This document shows, in pieces, positions 60,368 through 64,000 of a DNA stretch of 64,000 nucleotides. The notes under the pieces were generated by a model. It saw nothing but the letters and a program-made list of their open reading frames with translations, did no database searches and had not been told where the DNA came from. The stretch comes from Perkinsus chesapeaki ATCC PRA-425 (lineage: Eukaryota; Protista; Perkinsozoa), in assembly GCA_013115145.1 (NCBI GenBank), contig JAAPAO010000072.1, positions 26,962-90,961 of the forward strand. Reading direction: 5' to 3'. The first letter of the stretch is position 1. Every line of letters starts with the position of its first letter. A program made the position numbers and the translations under genes.

Positions 60368-60404
60368 GACATGCCATTGCTCTCTTTAAGAGCAATGGCA
60401 TGTC
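60368..60404. repeat. Perfect 16-bp hairpin with a 5-nt loop, intergenic
   Basis: GACATGCCATTGCTCT-CTTTA-AGAGCAATGGCATGTC. Confidence 0.9.
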
Positions 60405-60790
60405 ATGGCATTATCTCATGGTAAACGCTCAAACCGTTAACGGGAAGACGGTTTATGATAGGGCTAAGGCCGATCACATTCTGTGAGTTATATCCATCAT
60501 ATCGATGATGCCCGATTAGCTTGATGGCTGAAGCCCAATCCACTGGGTTTTATGAATGTGTCGTGAGCCATCACCTGCGGCCGGTAGAGCTTTTAGTAGC
60601 TTGATACCTTTCAGACTGATTGAGTTCCGTACTGAGCTAAAGCATCGTTCAGATCTGGATAAGAGTAATAATGTATAACCAACAAACGGGAGCTTCCTAT
60701 TGAGAAGATGTGACAACCGACAGATCACCCAATTTGCAAACCTCAAGAGTAAAAAGAAAAAATCAATGTGCTGCAGTGAGCAGTACTGAC

Positions 60791-61565
60791 TCAGTACGGA
60801 CCAGGGGTCATCCTAAGAGTCGGGATCGACTTATTCTTTGGAGTGAAGTACACCAAATTCTGCGCGCTGTCGTAGACATACTTGGCAGTAATATTGAAAT
60901 AGATATCCGAGAAATGACTGATATCATTCTTCAACACAAACACTAGACCGTCGGGTTCCTTCTCGAGATGATAGCTGTAATCATCAGAGGTATACATTAA
61001 ACTACCACGACTGGAGTCAAATATGTTGAAATATGCCATGTTGGTGGTAGAGTTGATGTAGAGACGATCGGCATGACCATCCCTGCGTCCGTACGCTGAG
61101 TACACATCGTTTGGTGGATTATCGGCAGACATTATTCTTGTGTTAGTGAAGAATGTCGAACATTTATAAAACTTCTTCGGACTTCGACTATCCCGGCAAG
61201 AATCATTTGCGAGCTTGTAATCATACTTGAGGCCGTTTTTACCGACCAAATGCACTTCACCAGCCTTATTGACTTTGAGATCGAAACCAACATCAAAATA
61301 TGGATATAGTTCGGATCCTTCAACATGACCAAGACGCTTAAGGATAACATTATCCTCCTCAAAGCTGATATTGTCGTACTTGATGTGGTACCACTGCTTG
61401 TCGAAATAGTTGTAAGTTATAGAGGCCTTGCTAGGGGAGATGTACTCGAAGGTCACGCAGTCATGAGACTTGAACGGGCCATCGTACCAGTTGCTGGTAG
61501 CAGTATTTTCCCGGCTCTAGACCCACAGCGATGCCTAATAATGCGCTTAACCAAGATGCTGGCAT
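60791..61565 (-). pseudogene. Intronless secreted protein with an apparent frameshift after the signal peptide (or a sequence error)
   Basis: MPASWLSALLGIAVGLEPGKYCYQQ (ATG 61565) stops early; the long Tyr/Asp-rich ORF (WYDGPFKSHDCVTFEY...) continues in another frame from about 61490. Confidence 0.6.
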
Positions 61566-62843
61566 ACTACGATAATGAGACCAATAAGTAACTAGTCTAT
61601 TCGGGGCGGGGACTGCTGCAGGCCGCAGTGACGTGGCGCTCCGATCGGGTGCGTGGACCTCTTGGCTCCCTCTTTGGCAACTAGTGCTGCGCGACGGAAT
61701 TGCAACTTTGCATCCATAAGCATATCGCTACTTCGACGTTATTGTGATTCACCATTGGTGACGCTGCCCTAGGCAATTATGAGATGTCGGGAATAGGATT
61801 TAATTGGCTGCTTGCGTGAGGACGTTGGAGAGTTCACTGCCGCCACGCGACAGCAAGACGGATATGACGGGTGTGACACCACGCTGATCAACGCCTCGCG
61901 AGAATCTTAGTGCAGCCATCACGCGTGCATGGTCCTGAGCGCTGCTCAAGAAGATCAATTCGAGGCATTTTCCAGCTTCCTGGTTTGTTGGTAGCATCAT
62001 CACCTGGAATAACGGCGCCATCAGGGCGCATATGAGACTGAAAGTTGGCGGTTCAGGGAGTAGAAATTAGAAACGTGGAGCACGAGTCCCTTCGCTGGAT
62101 TTATCAGGCTGCCTGTTTGCGAGGAAACCTGGTGCCAGTGACCCTGGGGAGCTTGTTGCGAAATGAGGTAAACGATCAAGCTGTGATAAGAATCTTAGCT
62201 CGATGTACGCATGATACAAAAGACTTATCGAACTTGCAGTACCATGGTAAAGTATGTTCTGAGCATAGGCTATGAGGCATACCATCGTACCTCACATACC
62301 TGGTATGAATTTCCTAATATAAAGCTCCTGTTCAAACGAGAGATTCCTCGGTGTGAGGCGAACGTTACTCAAGGGGAGGTGTAAATACTCGAAGTGCACC
62401 TTCCACATTGCAAATGCGCTCGCAACTACACTCTATGATAGGCTGATAGTAGCCACTTTATAAGATGCATGCTGACTAACCACGCAACATCACCCCCCCT
62501 CCCAACTAGCTGGGATCTACACATTGTTGGTTAGTGTGGCGGAGACTTCCCCCTCTTATATTGAGAATCGCAATGGACGCTCCCCCTGGTTCTCTCTCCG
62601 TGTAAATAGATGTGTGTGTTGGCCCCTCAAGACGTGTTTATCGCTTCCGAAAATTCTTTGAACGTTGGCAGTCAGTGTCAGTGTGGAGCTTTGAGGTGCT
62701 TCGAAGGGTCGAGGCCCTCGACCCTCGACTCGAGGGTCAGACCGCGCAAGCTGTGAAGAACTGCCGTAAGGAGATGCTTATTAGTACTATGAACTCATTA
62801 ATCGATCGATTTGAGATTGTTAGTCATTGAGACAGTAATAGAT

Positions 62844-62862
62844 GTAGCCATCTTTGCCCAAG
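62844..62862 (+). other. Relic spliced-leader-like sequence
   Basis: GTAGCCATCTTTGCCCAAG matches 17/19 nt of the 3' part of the Perkinsus SL as recalled (ACCGTAGCCATCTTGGCTCAAG). Confidence 0.55.
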
Positions 62863-64000
62863 ATTGTTTCTCTGATTCGATTACCATCGTTGGATTCACT
62901 CCTTTGTTGGTTTAGTTGCCATATCGATCGATTAGATTCTACACCAACTGACTTCGAACTGCCCAAGTGTTAGAAATCGACGCCGGCTAGAACTTTGCAC
63001 ATCGAGAACCACCCCTTGAACCTTTTGCAGTTCTCTTACGGCTACCCTGATACTTAACAAAGCGCACCGCGGCGGCTGTACGTGCTCAAACTCAAACGCG
63101 AGTCAGAAACAGACTCGCTCACACTGTGAGCCTCACAGTGGGTTGCTACCAGCAATGAGCTATTAAAGTTTAATGCACGGAGTGCGATCAACCTCTTTGG
63201 AACTTCCAATGGGAGGCTCTTGCACAATCGGCGATGACTCGATCGCATCCAGGAAGGTGGCGTCCTGTGCGCTATTTTGCAAGGGCCTCGCAGCGAGACT
63301 AAACGTTTAGCTTAACGCTTGAGAGGTCCGAGAGCCCAATTACCCTCGCCGAAAAGCAGGTCGCCCGGGCAACACTGTCATCATGGCGGGGTTGGCAAGA
63401 AAAGGACTAACCCTCGGTGGGCAGTAGGCACTACCTGGCCGCTGGCCGGCTGGCTAACCCAGCCCTGGCACTAGTCGGTTGACTACTACCCTGGCTAAAA
63501 AACGTCTCGCTCAAATTGAGCGTTGAAAACATTGAATGTTTTGCCGAAACGGTCGCATCACTTGGGATGTTGAACACAGGGGGCCCGAGAAGATCCCAAC
63601 CATCGGCCTTGAGCCTTCAGACCTTCGTAGGCGGGACAACTTGCCCACGGTGTTGTTTGCTTTAGGAATCGGAAACCTTCCACAGAAAACTTAGCGCTCC
63701 GTTTTTTCGCGTCGGTAGACGACCGTATCAAATGTATTTGGATGTCCATGATAACCATGGCCTCTGTTCGAAAGGATATCGTTTATGCCAGGAGGTGTTT
63801 TTGGAGCTCGTCAAGCTAATCTGAGAGCACGCATCCAGGCTCGACGGGTTGGGTAAATCTCCAAACGACTGTGTAACCGAGCAAGTAACGCGTCACGCCG
63901 AGCTAGAATTCGACGCGCTACTATCTCATTACCCGGCCTTTCCTCCCTGGCGGTGGGGCGCGGGCCGGAGGCCGCCGTAGCGACCTCGGCAAATGGGCCG

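Noticed and set aside
61800-64000. Short ORFs and a GC-rich right end, possibly an element or rDNA spacer start
   Set aside because: No rRNA, LTR/PBS or protein motif recognised; may be truncated by the window edge.

Overview
Intron-rich eukaryotic nuclear DNA, not prokaryotic. Most introns are 30-100 nt GT-AG, so the ORF track fragments nearly every gene. Gene content, secreted-protein families and a relic spliced-leader match point to a Perkinsus-like alveolate (inference). Reconstructed genes: BRWD/PHIP-like WD40 protein (runs off the left edge), CAMK-group kinase, Rab GDI, SET/SMYD-like protein, GH130/beta-mannosyltransferase-like propeller, RlmI-like m5C methyltransferase, LONRF, eL42/RPL36A, mitochondrial carrier, DDX42-like helicase, DWNN protein, NAA38-like LSm, UBA+RanBP2-ZnF SOL/CAPN15-type calpain, endonuclease V, CDPK, cis-prenyltransferase, three tandem LITAF genes, and dispersed intronless secreted proteins. 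There is one intact tRNA (Pro-AGG) and one near-intact tRNA (Cys-GCA). The main unexplained signal: at least 10 spliceosomal introns in 5 unrelated genes consist wholly or largely of tRNA sequence, usually a 3' half (T-arm, acceptor strand, oligo-T trailer). In sense orientation the trailer sits at the polypyrimidine/AG 3' splice site; in antisense it sits at the GT-A-rich 5' splice site. Two other short motifs are strongly over-represented in introns. All exon structures are manual reconstructions without RNA data.
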